35,036 nucleotides of DNA from a virus (taxonomy: Duplodnaviria; Caudoviricetes), in the IMG/VR virus record IMGVR_UViG_3300008108_004733, positions 1 through 35,036 of that record, one strand, 5' to 3'. Of the stretch, positions 8,244-17,106 are shown one piece after another. Within the stretch, counting starts at the first letter, position 1; each line of letters opens with the position of its first letter. Below the pieces are notes generated by a model, which made no database searches, was not told where the DNA came from, and was given only the letters and a program-made list of their open reading frames with translations. Position numbers and translations under genes: made by a program.

Positions 8244-9602
8244 ATGTCAAATAAAAAAAAGATTAATAAGTATCAAACAAATGAAGATATGCAATTCGAT
8301 GGTCCAAGTAGACCTGACCCAAGTGTAGAAAGAAGTCTTTCAACAAGAGATACATCATTTAAAAAAGTTGATTTTCCAGATACAGGAGAAGGATATTCAA
8401 ATTATGAAGAATTATTAGCGAGCGATCAATATAAAAATGCGTTAAATAAATTATCTGAATTTACTGGTGTTAGTGATATTGGTGTTGGTACATCTGAAAC
8501 ATATGGTCAATTATCTATGAGGGCTTTTGGTATGTTGTCTGAACTTATTAGGGCCGAAACAGGAAAAGAGGGGACGTTAATTAAATTGTGTGAAAGAATG
8601 ATGGTAAATATGTTTCCTGAATTAATAAAGAGAAATAGAAATGGTGAACCAGTTTTAGATCAAGAAGGTAAACCAATGTTAAAAGTACAATTTGATTTTA
8701 AATTTAAAAGAGAAGGATCAAGTTTTCAAAAACCAAAGAATAAACAAGAATTAGAACAAAAAGAAGAAGAATTAACAAATGATTTTAATGATGGTGATTT
8801 AGATTTAGAAAGGGCGAAAAGACGTTTGGCAAATGCCTTAACTCAAGGATCATCAATTGATGCCACATACGCCTTTAAAAAATTTGAAAATATTGTAACA
8901 AAAGTTATTGGTGTACCAAATGTTGTAGAAAAATATGGTTTTCTTGTTTCAACAATGATGTTAGGATATTGGCAATATGATGAAAGTATGTTATCATCAG
9001 CAAGTAGTTCAGGTAAAGGTGCTGCGGGTAAAACAAGAGTTGATACATCTACAAATCCACCAACAATACATGCTGAGGCGGTTGTTTTTCCATTTTTAAT
9101 ACATGAGGCTGTTAAAGGAATTATGGAATATTTGGCAATCCCTAAATCAAGTAGTTTTAAAAGTGGTAGAGATATCGAACTATATAAATCAGCAAGAGAG
9201 TTAGAGGATCAAGTTATTCATGAAATATGGGATATTAGATTAGGTCCCGCAATTTGGAGAAAATTAATTAAACAATTTCCTAGATCTTTAGAAAATAATG
9301 TAAGAAAAAGATTTTTTGAAAAAAGACTTCAAACATATATCTACGTTAATATTCTAAATTTAGAGAGAAAAGAATTTTTACTTTTATTTAAAGAAATAAT
9401 GGGAGAAACCGAAGATGGTAAGCGATTGTTGGGTGCAATGTTTTATGATATTTCAGGTAAATTAAAAGGTGATGAAGTTACAAAATCAACATCATATTTT
9501 AGAAAAGAAATGGATGAATTTATGAAAAAACACGGTAATGATGACTCGACTGATGATGATATAAGTGATTTCTTATCACAAATGGGTATAAGACTTAATT
9601 AA
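8244..9602 (+). CDS. Hypothetical protein upstream of the terminase
   Basis: 452-aa ORF; no family recognised. Confidence 0.75.
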   Translation: MSNKKKINKYQTNEDMQFDGPSRPDPSVERSLSTRDTSFKKVDFPDTGEGYSNYEELLASDQYKNALNKLSEFTGVSDIGVGTSETYGQLSMRAFGMLSELIRAETGKEGTLIKLCERMMVNMFPELIKRNRNGEPVLDQEGKPMLKVQFDFKFKREGSSFQKPKNKQELEQKEEELTNDFNDGDLDLERAKRRLANALTQGSSIDATYAFKKFENIVTKVIGVPNVVEKYGFLVSTMMLGYWQYDESMLSSASSSGKGAAGKTRVDTSTNPPTIHAEAVVFPFLIHEAVKGIMEYLAIPKSSSFKSGRDIELYKSARELEDQVIHEIWDIRLGPAIWRKLIKQFPRSLENNVRKRFFEKRLQTYIYVNILNLERKEFLLLFKEIMGETEDGKRLLGAMFYDISGKLKGDEVTKSTSYFRKEMDEFMKKHGNDDSTDDDISDFLSQMGIRLN

Positions 9603-9605
9603 TAT

Positions 9606-9631
9606 AAAGGGAGGTTTTACCTCCCTTTTTT
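9606..9631 (+). terminator. Intrinsic terminator
   Basis: AAAGGGAGGT-TTT-ACCTCCCTTT followed by T run. Confidence 0.85.
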
Positions 9632-9647
9632 AATATTTATATATAAG

Positions 9648-11423
9648 ATGAATTCAAAAATAGAACAATTAAAAGAGTACGCTAAGATCATAAAAGACGC
9701 CCCATATGCATTAAAAACATATTTGACGACTTATGATAATACTCAAAAAAAGTTTGTACCATTAGAATTGTTTCCTGATCAAGTTCAATTGATTAAGGAT
9801 TACGAAACTTATAATGAAAATATTACAAGAAAATATAGACAGGCGGGTGTTTCAACAGTAACTGCCGCTTGGATATCAAAAAAACTTCAAACCGCAAAAC
9901 CTGAAAATCCTGAAAGAGTTTTGATTATTGCTAACAAAAGAGACACCGCAATTGAAATGGCCAATAAAGTTAGACACTTTTTAGATCAATGGCCAGAATG
10001 GATTAATGTGGGGTTCCATCCCGATAAAAACTCAGAAAGTAGATTTAGATTAAATAATGGATGTGAGGTTAAAGCAGTTGCAACATCTGCCGATGCGTTA
10101 CGTGGTTACACACCTACGATACTTGTGTTTGATGAGGCGGCATATATTGAGGCGGGTGAAGATTTTTGGGCGGCATCAATGGCGTCATTATCTACGGGTG
10201 GTAAGATTATTCTTATTTCAACACCAAATGGTTACGATCCGATTTATTATGGTGTATATGACCAATCATTACGTGGAATAAATGATTTTCACATTACCGA
10301 TTTAAGATGGTTCAAGGATCCAAGATATACAAAAGATTTACGTTGGGTTAAATGTAGTGACATTGTTCATTATATGTTAAATAGAGAACAATATGACGAC
10401 GATGAAGTTGTTATGTATGATTTTGATATTGAAAAATATCAAGAATATGAAGAACAGGGGTACAAACCATTTTCTTCTTGGTTTGAAGGAATGTCAAAGA
10501 AATTCAAATATGATAAACGTAAAATAGCACAGGAATTAGAATGTGACTTTTTAGGTTCAGGTGATGGTGTGATTCCTAACGATGTTCAAGAGAGTATTGC
10601 GAAGAACATGATTAGACAACCTAATGAAAAATACATGCAGGGTACTCTTTGGCAGTGGAAAGAACCAATAGAAGGACATAGATATATTATGGGTGTGGAC
10701 GTTAGTAGAGGTGATAGTGAAGATTTTTCTTCAATCAATGTTATTGATTTTGATGATAGAGAACAAGTAATGGAATATATAGGTAAAATACCTCCAGATG
10801 ATTTAGCGTCAGTAGTTTATAAATGGGGTATTCTTTATGGTAATGCCTTTGTGGTTGTCGATATAACCGGTGGTATGGGAGTCGCCACATCAAGAAAATT
10901 ACAAGAATTAAACTATAAAAACATTTATATCGACGGTATTAATACACAAAATATTTGGGAATATAATAAAAAAGCAATGGAAAAAATCCCAGGTATTAAT
11001 TTCAACAATAAAAGAACTCAGATTGTCGCATCATTTGAAGAACAATTAAGAAAAGGTTTTATAGTTAGATCAAATAGATTGTTAAACGAATTAAACACAT
11101 TTGTTTATATAAACGGTAGACCAGATCATATGAAAGGTTCACATGATGATTCAATTATGAGTTTGTCTATGGCGTTATATGCTGGTGAAATTTGTTTCAA
11201 TCAATTACAAAGAGCGGATTCTGTTAATAAAGCAATGTTGGAATCTTGGGTTTCATCTGAAAGAACATATGAAGTGAAGAAAACATTCTATTCTTATGGA
11301 ACATCTTTAGACCCAATAGGTTCTCTAGCAATTGATGATAATTTTTATCATATGGACAACAATAGTAATTTACCAAAAGACGCATATAAAGAATATTCTT
11401 GGTTATTTAATAAAAGAAAATAA
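9648..11423 (+). CDS. terL: Terminase large subunit (T4 gp17-like)
   Basis: KYRQAGVST Walker A variant, LVFDEAA Walker B, STPNG coupling motif, QELECDF, nuclease GVDV...HDD; adjacent to portal. Confidence 0.93.
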   Translation: MNSKIEQLKEYAKIIKDAPYALKTYLTTYDNTQKKFVPLELFPDQVQLIKDYETYNENITRKYRQAGVSTVTAAWISKKLQTAKPENPERVLIIANKRDTAIEMANKVRHFLDQWPEWINVGFHPDKNSESRFRLNNGCEVKAVATSADALRGYTPTILVFDEAAYIEAGEDFWAASMASLSTGGKIILISTPNGYDPIYYGVYDQSLRGINDFHITDLRWFKDPRYTKDLRWVKCSDIVHYMLNREQYDDDEVVMYDFDIEKYQEYEEQGYKPFSSWFEGMSKKFKYDKRKIAQELECDFLGSGDGVIPNDVQESIAKNMIRQPNEKYMQGTLWQWKEPIEGHRYIMGVDVSRGDSEDFSSINVIDFDDREQVMEYIGKIPPDDLASVVYKWGILYGNAFVVVDITGGMGVATSRKLQELNYKNIYIDGINTQNIWEYNKKAMEKIPGINFNNKRTQIVASFEEQLRKGFIVRSNRLLNELNTFVYINGRPDHMKGSHDDSIMSLSMALYAGEICFNQLQRADSVNKAMLESWVSSERTYEVKKTFYSYGTSLDPIGSLAIDDNFYHMDNNSNLPKDAYKEYSWLFNKRK

Positions 11424-11476
11424 CCTTTAATATCACTAAAAAAAAATATATTTTTATACAAAAGTATTTATAAATT

Positions 11477-13327
11477 ATGGCAGATAGTAATTTAACAGTT
11501 TTTCAGAAATTAACTAAAATGTTTGGATTTGTTGGTCAAGAACCACCTAAACAAACAAATCCATCGTTTAATTTTTCTAAAGATGAATTATTAAAAACGA
11601 ACAGTAAAGAAGAATATGAAAACGCTTTGTTGCAATCACAACAAAGTCAATATATTGCGGATAAATGGGCTAAATTAGATCAATCATTATACAACCAATC
11701 TGTTTATTATGAACCAAATAGATTAGCGGCATATTATGATTATGAATCTATGGAATTTACACCAGAAATATCAGCGGCTCTTGACATTTACGCTGAAGAA
11801 GCAACAACACCATCTGAAAAAGGTGAAATATTAACAATATATTCTGAATCAGATAGGGTAAAATCAATACTTGAAGATCTTTTTAACAATAAATTAGATA
11901 TATCAACAAATTTACAAATGTGGACAAGAGGTGTTTGTAAATATGGTGATGATTTTGTTTATTTAAAAATAGATGAAAAAAAAGGAGTTCTTGGTTGTCA
12001 ACAATTACCTAATATTGAAATTGAGAGAATTGAAGGTGCGGCATCAAAAACACCAAATCAAAAAGATATTAAGATACCAACTAGAGAATTGAGATTTCAA
12101 TGGAAAAATAAAGATTTAGAATTTCAATCTTGGGAAATTGCTCACTTTAGGTTGTTGGGTGATGATAGAAAATTACCATATGGTACATCAATGTTAGATA
12201 AAATAAGAAGAATATGGAAACAACTTTTATTGGCTGAAGATGCGATGTTAATTTATAGAACAACAAGAGCACCTGAAAGACGTGTTTTTAAAATTTTTGT
12301 TGGTAATATGGACGATAAGGATATTGAAGCATATGTACAAAGAGTTGCCAATAAATTTAAAAGACAAGGTGTTGCAGATCCAAAAAATGGTCAAGTTGAT
12401 ATGAGATACAATCAAATGGCGGTTGATCAAGATTATTTTATACCTGTTCGTGATCCTTCAGCGGCAATGCCGATTGAAACTTTGGCAGGTGCTCAAAATT
12501 TAGGTGAGATTGCCGATATTGAATATATTCAAAAGAAAATGTTGGCAGCATTAAGGATACCAAAAGCATTTTTAGGTTTTGAGGAAGTTGTTGGTGACGG
12601 TAAAAATTTGGCGTTAATGGATATTCGTTTTGCTAGAACAATCAATAGAATACAAAAATCATTAATTCAAGAATTAAATAAAATAGCTCTAATACATTTA
12701 TATATTTTAGGAATGGAAGATGATTTGGATAATTTTGAATTATCATTGACTAATCCATCTTCACAATCAGAATTATTAAAGATAGAACAATGGAAAGAAA
12801 AAATAACATTATATAAAGACGCAACATCTGATCAATCTCAAATAGGTATTTTACCTGTTTCACACACTTGGGCTAAAAAGACTATATTAGGTTTTAGTGA
12901 TAGTGAAGTTGTTCTTGACTTAGAACAACAACGACTTGAAAGAGCAATTGGATTTGAATTGACTAATACACAAAATATTATTAAACGTTCAGGGGTATTT
13001 GATGAAGTTGATAAGAAATATGGTATACCTGAAGAAGAAAGGAAGAAATTAGAAGGTGCAGGTGGTGGATCTACAGAACAGCCTGGAGGTGGAATGGGTG
13101 GTGGAATGACAGGTGGAATGGGTGGAGGATCTTCTACAACATCTAGTGCAGGTTCTGAACCATCGGCACCACCTTTGAGTGAAAGTGTAAATGATAGTAA
13201 AAAAAGTAAAATTTTAAGTATGTTGGGTGATGAAAAAATGGAATTAAATGATTTATTTAATTTTAATAAGGCTCAACGTAATATTTATGAAATAGAAAAT
13301 AAAATAAAAGATATTTTAAACGATTAA
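11477..13327 (+). CDS. Portal protein (T4 gp20-like)
   Basis: PEISAALD, EDAMLIYRTTRAPERRVFKI, DYFIPVR, IETLAGAQNLGEIADIEY, ALRIPK motifs of gp20; Gly-rich C-terminal extension. Confidence 0.93.
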   Translation: MADSNLTVFQKLTKMFGFVGQEPPKQTNPSFNFSKDELLKTNSKEEYENALLQSQQSQYIADKWAKLDQSLYNQSVYYEPNRLAAYYDYESMEFTPEISAALDIYAEEATTPSEKGEILTIYSESDRVKSILEDLFNNKLDISTNLQMWTRGVCKYGDDFVYLKIDEKKGVLGCQQLPNIEIERIEGAASKTPNQKDIKIPTRELRFQWKNKDLEFQSWEIAHFRLLGDDRKLPYGTSMLDKIRRIWKQLLLAEDAMLIYRTTRAPERRVFKIFVGNMDDKDIEAYVQRVANKFKRQGVADPKNGQVDMRYNQMAVDQDYFIPVRDPSAAMPIETLAGAQNLGEIADIEYIQKKMLAALRIPKAFLGFEEVVGDGKNLALMDIRFARTINRIQKSLIQELNKIALIHLYILGMEDDLDNFELSLTNPSSQSELLKIEQWKEKITLYKDATSDQSQIGILPVSHTWAKKTILGFSDSEVVLDLEQQRLERAIGFELTNTQNIIKRSGVFDEVDKKYGIPEEERKKLEGAGGGSTEQPGGGMGGGMTGGMGGGSSTTSSAGSEPSAPPLSESVNDSKKSKILSMLGDEKMELNDLFNFNKAQRNIYEIENKIKDILND

Positions 13328-13330
13328 AAA

Positions 13331-14071
13331 ATGATAAATTTTGGAAAAATAAAGACTAGTATTTTAGAAAATTTAGCTATGTCTTATCTAAAAAAAGATA
13401 ATAAAAAGATAAAAAATATTTTAGGTTTAATAACCAAAAATAAAGACATAAAAGATCTATATCTTCTATATGAAGACATTGAAAATAAAAACATAGAAGA
13501 TGAAGAAACGGCGAAAAAATATGTTGAAGAGCTTTCATCTTTGTTAAAAGATAAAAACAAAGATTTGGAGGGAATTATGGATGAATTAGAAAATAGTATA
13601 GATGATAATATTCAAATAAATGAAAATGAAATTTACAAAATATTGGATTTACTATCTGAGGAAGACAATTTATTAAATTTAGATAAAAAAATATTAGCAA
13701 AAAAAAATTTGACGAATCATCTATTGAGGAAAAAAGAAAAACAAGAAGATGTTAATTCGCCAAAAATAGTTAATGAAAATATGTTGTTTGCGGTATTGTC
13801 TAATAATTTTAATAACACTTTTCAAAGTTCATTAAGTGAAAGTGAACAAAAAGAGTTTAAAGAAATTATGATGATAAAAGAAGATGAATTAAAAATAAAA
13901 GTTAAAGATTTAAAAGAAAATATATTTTTTAAAATAGATTCAATTATTTCCGAATCGGGAAATAATTTAGAATTAATAACTAAATTAAATGATGTGAAAA
14001 AAGAAGTGAGGGGAATGAAAAATTCAAAACATAGTTATTATAAACTTAAAGAATTAAAAAATGGTCTTTAA
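13331..14071 (+). CDS. Hypothetical helical protein in the head module
   Basis: 246-aa ORF starting 3 nt after the portal stop. Confidence 0.75.
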   Translation: MINFGKIKTSILENLAMSYLKKDNKKIKNILGLITKNKDIKDLYLLYEDIENKNIEDEETAKKYVEELSSLLKDKNKDLEGIMDELENSIDDNIQINENEIYKILDLLSEEDNLLNLDKKILAKKNLTNHLLRKKEKQEDVNSPKIVNENMLFAVLSNNFNNTFQSSLSESEQKEFKEIMMIKEDELKIKVKDLKENIFFKIDSIISESGNNLELITKLNDVKKEVRGMKNSKHSYYKLKELKNGL

Positions 14072-14087
14072 TCAAGACCATTTTTTA
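14055..14087. terminator. Perfect 14-bp hairpin over two convergent stop codons (candidate bidirectional terminator)
   Basis: TAAAAAATGGTCTT-TAATC-AAGACCATTTTTTA. Confidence 0.65.
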
Positions 14088-14259
14088 TTTTATTAGTATA
14101 TATTGTTTTTAATTTCCTATTTCTTTTATCCACGGAAGGTTTAGTGTATTCTTTTCTATTTCTAAGTTCTTGGACTAATTTAGTTTTCTGTAATTTACTT
14201 TTTAATATTTTTAGTCCGCTCTCTAAATTTTTTTCTTTATTTACATCAATTATTATCAT
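14068..14259 (-). CDS. rpsU: Ribosomal protein bS21 (phage-encoded)
   Basis: 63 aa, basic; MIIIDV...NLESGLK...ELRNRKEYTKPSVDKR...KTIY aligns with the Bacteroidota bS21 pattern. Confidence 0.88.
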   Translation of the reverse strand: MIIIDVNKEKNLESGLKILKSKLQKTKLVQELRNRKEYTKPSVDKRNRKLKTIYTNKIKNGLD

Positions 14260-14362
14260 ATAGAATATAAGTATTTTATTTTTTTTAAAAAATTTGTAAT
14301 TGTGGATAATTTTATTTATATTTTCTTTACACCATAAAATATTTTTAATATGTAAAAAAATA

Positions 14363-14788
14363 ATGAAAACAGGAAAATTTATTCCATTAGGTAATCACAG
14401 TGATATAAAAATTGGTTATGGTACTGTTGATTTTAAAAACCTAAAAACAGTTTATTTAAAATTAAATTCTTGGTTACAACCCACAAATTTAGATGAAAAT
14501 TTTGATAGTATAATAGTTAAAACAAGAAGAGAAATAAAAAATCTATTATACGAATTAAATGACACGAAATTTAAAAAACAATCAATAGTTGATTTGGATA
14601 TTAGAACTAAAGGTATCAAAAAAGAAAAAAGATCTTTTATGAATTTAGAGATAACATTATTCGTAAATAATCAATTCGATATTAGATCAAAAGATACTAA
14701 AAAAAATATAAACAACATAATAATTAAAATTATTGATGATTGTTTAGATAATAAAAATCTTTTCAATTTTTACAAAACGAAAAAATAA
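14363..14788 (+). CDS. Hypothetical protein
   Basis: ATG at 14363 (MKTGKFIPLG) preferred to the TTG at 14300; TATTTATA at 14313-14320. Confidence 0.7.
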   Translation: MKTGKFIPLGNHSDIKIGYGTVDFKNLKTVYLKLNSWLQPTNLDENFDSIIVKTRREIKNLLYELNDTKFKKQSIVDLDIRTKGIKKEKRSFMNLEITLFVNNQFDIRSKDTKKNINNIIIKIIDDCLDNKNLFNFYKTKK

Positions 14789-14825
14789 CTACAATATCGA
14801 TGTATTTATAGTATAAAAACTATAA

Positions 14826-15509
14826 ATGAAGATTTTAGGACCCAAAGAAATCGGACATGGTATTTTAATTGAATACGATGCCGGACATATTTCACCGGAA
14901 GAAAATAAAAGAATAATTTCAGAAATGAAGGATATGGACTTCTCTCAAGACCTTATCCTTTATGCTGTTTTACAAAAATTTGATACCCCAAATAAAAATG
15001 GTAGAATATATCCTGAAAATATATTAAAAAGAGAAAACGAAAAATACCAATCAATTATTAAAAAAGGTGGGGCATTAAATGAATTAAATCACCCATCTTC
15101 TTCTCTTATAGATTTAGATAGAGTATCACATTCAATTCTTGAGACATGGTGGGAGGGTAAAGTATTAATGGGTAAAATTAAATTATTTACATCTCCTGGT
15201 TGGAAAAAAATGGGTATAGTAAGTACTAAAGGTGATCAGGCAGCAATGTTAATTATGAATGGTGCAACTTTAGGTATCTCCTCAAGAGGTGTTGGTTCCT
15301 TAAAAAATATTAAAGGTCAAAATATTGTACAAGAAGATTTTGAACTTGTTTGTTTTGATTTAGTGTCGTCACCATCAACACCAGGTGCATATGTTTTTAA
15401 AGATCTAAATGACAGGGAAAGGTATCAAGAATCTATTGATGAAAAACCAATAGTTGATGATAGAATGAAGAGATTAATGGGAAAGTTAGACACATTTCTA
15501 TCAAAATAA
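14826..15509 (+). CDS. Prohead maturation protease (T4 gp21-like)
   Basis: NKNGRIYP, ELNHP (His), GISSRGVGS (Ser), FDLVSSPS (Asp). Confidence 0.93.
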   Translation: MKILGPKEIGHGILIEYDAGHISPEENKRIISEMKDMDFSQDLILYAVLQKFDTPNKNGRIYPENILKRENEKYQSIIKKGGALNELNHPSSSLIDLDRVSHSILETWWEGKVLMGKIKLFTSPGWKKMGIVSTKGDQAAMLIMNGATLGISSRGVGSLKNIKGQNIVQEDFELVCFDLVSSPSTPGAYVFKDLNDRERYQESIDEKPIVDDRMKRLMGKLDTFLSK

Positions 15510-15587
15510 TATTTTTTATTGATTCTAATATAAAAAAGCAAATTTTTTTATAAAATCAAAGTATTTATATAAAAATAAAATTCACAA

Positions 15588-17081
15588 ATGACAGAAAAAT
15601 CAATTTTAGAACAAGCGTTGCTTCAAGTTCAAAATCTTGAAGAGGCAGTAAAAACAAATGCAAAAGGTATACTTGCTTCAACTATGAAGGAAGAACTAAG
15701 TGAATTACTTAAAGAAAGTAAAAAAGAAGAAAAAGAGGAAAAGGTTGGTAAAAAACAATCTGAACCTAAAGGTAAAAAAACCAAAGAAGAAGAAAAAGAT
15801 GTAACAGATGATGAATCTGATGATGACTTCGATGATAAACCATCTAAGGATATTGATTCAAAAGATGAAGACGATGATTCAAATGAAGATGACGATTACT
15901 CAACTGAGGATGATGATGATTCAACTGAAAATGATGATGATTCAACTGAGGACGATGAATATGTCCCAACAGATGATAATAGTTATTCGACAGATGATGA
16001 CACATCAGTAGATTACAATTCTATGGCCCATAATTCTGATCAAAATGTTATGGACATGACAAAAGCATCTAATTCTGAAGTTCTTAAAGTTTTTAAAGCT
16101 ATGAAACCAGAAGATGGTATTATGGTTAAAAAAGATGATGATGAACTAGATTTAGAAATTGATGGTGATGAATACATAATTAAACTTGATGGTGAAGAAT
16201 CTGGTGAATTTAGTGAGAGTGATTATGGTCAATCAAATTATATGTCAGAATTTACTGAAGATGATGACAATGATCATAATTATATGTCAGAATTTACTGA
16301 AGAAGAACTTCCAAATGAAAACATGTACGAAATAGAATTAGGAGATGAAGATTTTCCAACTGATGAACTTCCAACTGATGAACTTCCAACTGATGAACTT
16401 CCAACTGATGACGATGAATATTTTCCAAATGATGATGAAGATTTTCCTCCTTTAGCTGGTAAAAATTCAGGTAAAGAATGGGGCGATGAACCTACATCTG
16501 ATATGTCAAATGGAGATGTTGACGAAGATATCTATGAAATAGAATTAGAAGACGGTCAATCATCTGAAGAAGGTAAAATCGAAGCTACTGAAGCTGCTAG
16601 AACTAAATCAAATCCTCATGGTAATAAAGGTGGTTTAAACAGATCAGGTTTACCAAGTAAGAAAAAATATAAAGCAGGTTCTGGTGTTTTTGGTATTAAC
16701 GAAGAAGTATCTAAGTTAAGAAAACAAAATACCGAATACAAAAAAGCTTTAGTTCTTTTTAAAGAAAAATTAAATGAAGTAGCGGTTTTCAATGCGAACT
16801 TGGCATATGCCACACGTTTATTTACTGAACATTCTACAACAAAACAAGAGAAATTGAATATTTTGAAGAGATTTGATTCAGTTTCCACTATGAATGAGTC
16901 TAAAAACTTATTTACATCAATTAAATCTGAACTCGAACATAAAAAACCAGTTACCGAGTCAGTTGTTAATAAAATTTCTTCAACACCATCAACATCTTCT
17001 TCAGAGGTATTATCAGAATCAAAAGCATATGAGAATCCTCAATTTAAAAGAATGAAAGATTTGATGAACAAAATAAAATAA
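15588..17081 (+). CDS. Prohead core / scaffolding protein
   Basis: Lies between protease and major capsid; coiled-coil ends, long D/E-rich centre, C-terminal FKRMKDLM helix. Confidence 0.75.
   Translation: MTEKSILEQALLQVQNLEEAVKTNAKGILASTMKEELSELLKESKKEEKEEKVGKKQSEPKGKKTKEEEKDVTDDESDDDFDDKPSKDIDSKDEDDDSNEDDDYSTEDDDDSTENDDDSTEDDEYVPTDDNSYSTDDDTSVDYNSMAHNSDQNVMDMTKASNSEVLKVFKAMKPEDGIMVKKDDDELDLEIDGDEYIIKLDGEESGEFSESDYGQSNYMSEFTEDDDNDHNYMSEFTEEELPNENMYEIELGDEDFPTDELPTDELPTDELPTDDDEYFPNDDEDFPPLAGKNSGKEWGDEPTSDMSNGDVDEDIYEIELEDGQSSEEGKIEATEAARTKSNPHGNKGGLNRSGLPSKKKYKAGSGVFGINEEVSKLRKQNTEYKKALVLFKEKLNEVAVFNANLAYATRLFTEHSTTKQEKLNILKRFDSVSTMNESKNLFTSIKSELEHKKPVTESVVNKISSTPSTSSSEVLSESKAYENPQFKRMKDLMNKIK
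16356..16411 (+). repeat. 15-nt coding tandem repeat (PTDEL), 3.7 copies
   Basis: CCAACTGATGAACTT x3 plus CCAACTGATGA; a 26-nt duplication (NYMSEFTE) also lies at about 16236 and 16278. Confidence 0.95.
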
Positions 17082-17106
17082 ACTAAAAAAATAAAACAAA
17101 ACAAAA

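Noticed and set aside
9100-9130. HEAVK as a zinc-metalloprotease motif in the 452-aa protein
   Set aside because: Second His of HExxH is absent; not enough to call a protease
9609-9615. GGGAGGT as an SD for terL
   Set aside because: More than 30 nt from the ATG and forms one arm of the terminator hairpin
9830-9860. Terminase Walker A lacks the GKT lysine (RQAGVST)
   Set aside because: K-x-RQ-x-G-x-S variants are common in large terminases; not evidence of inactivation
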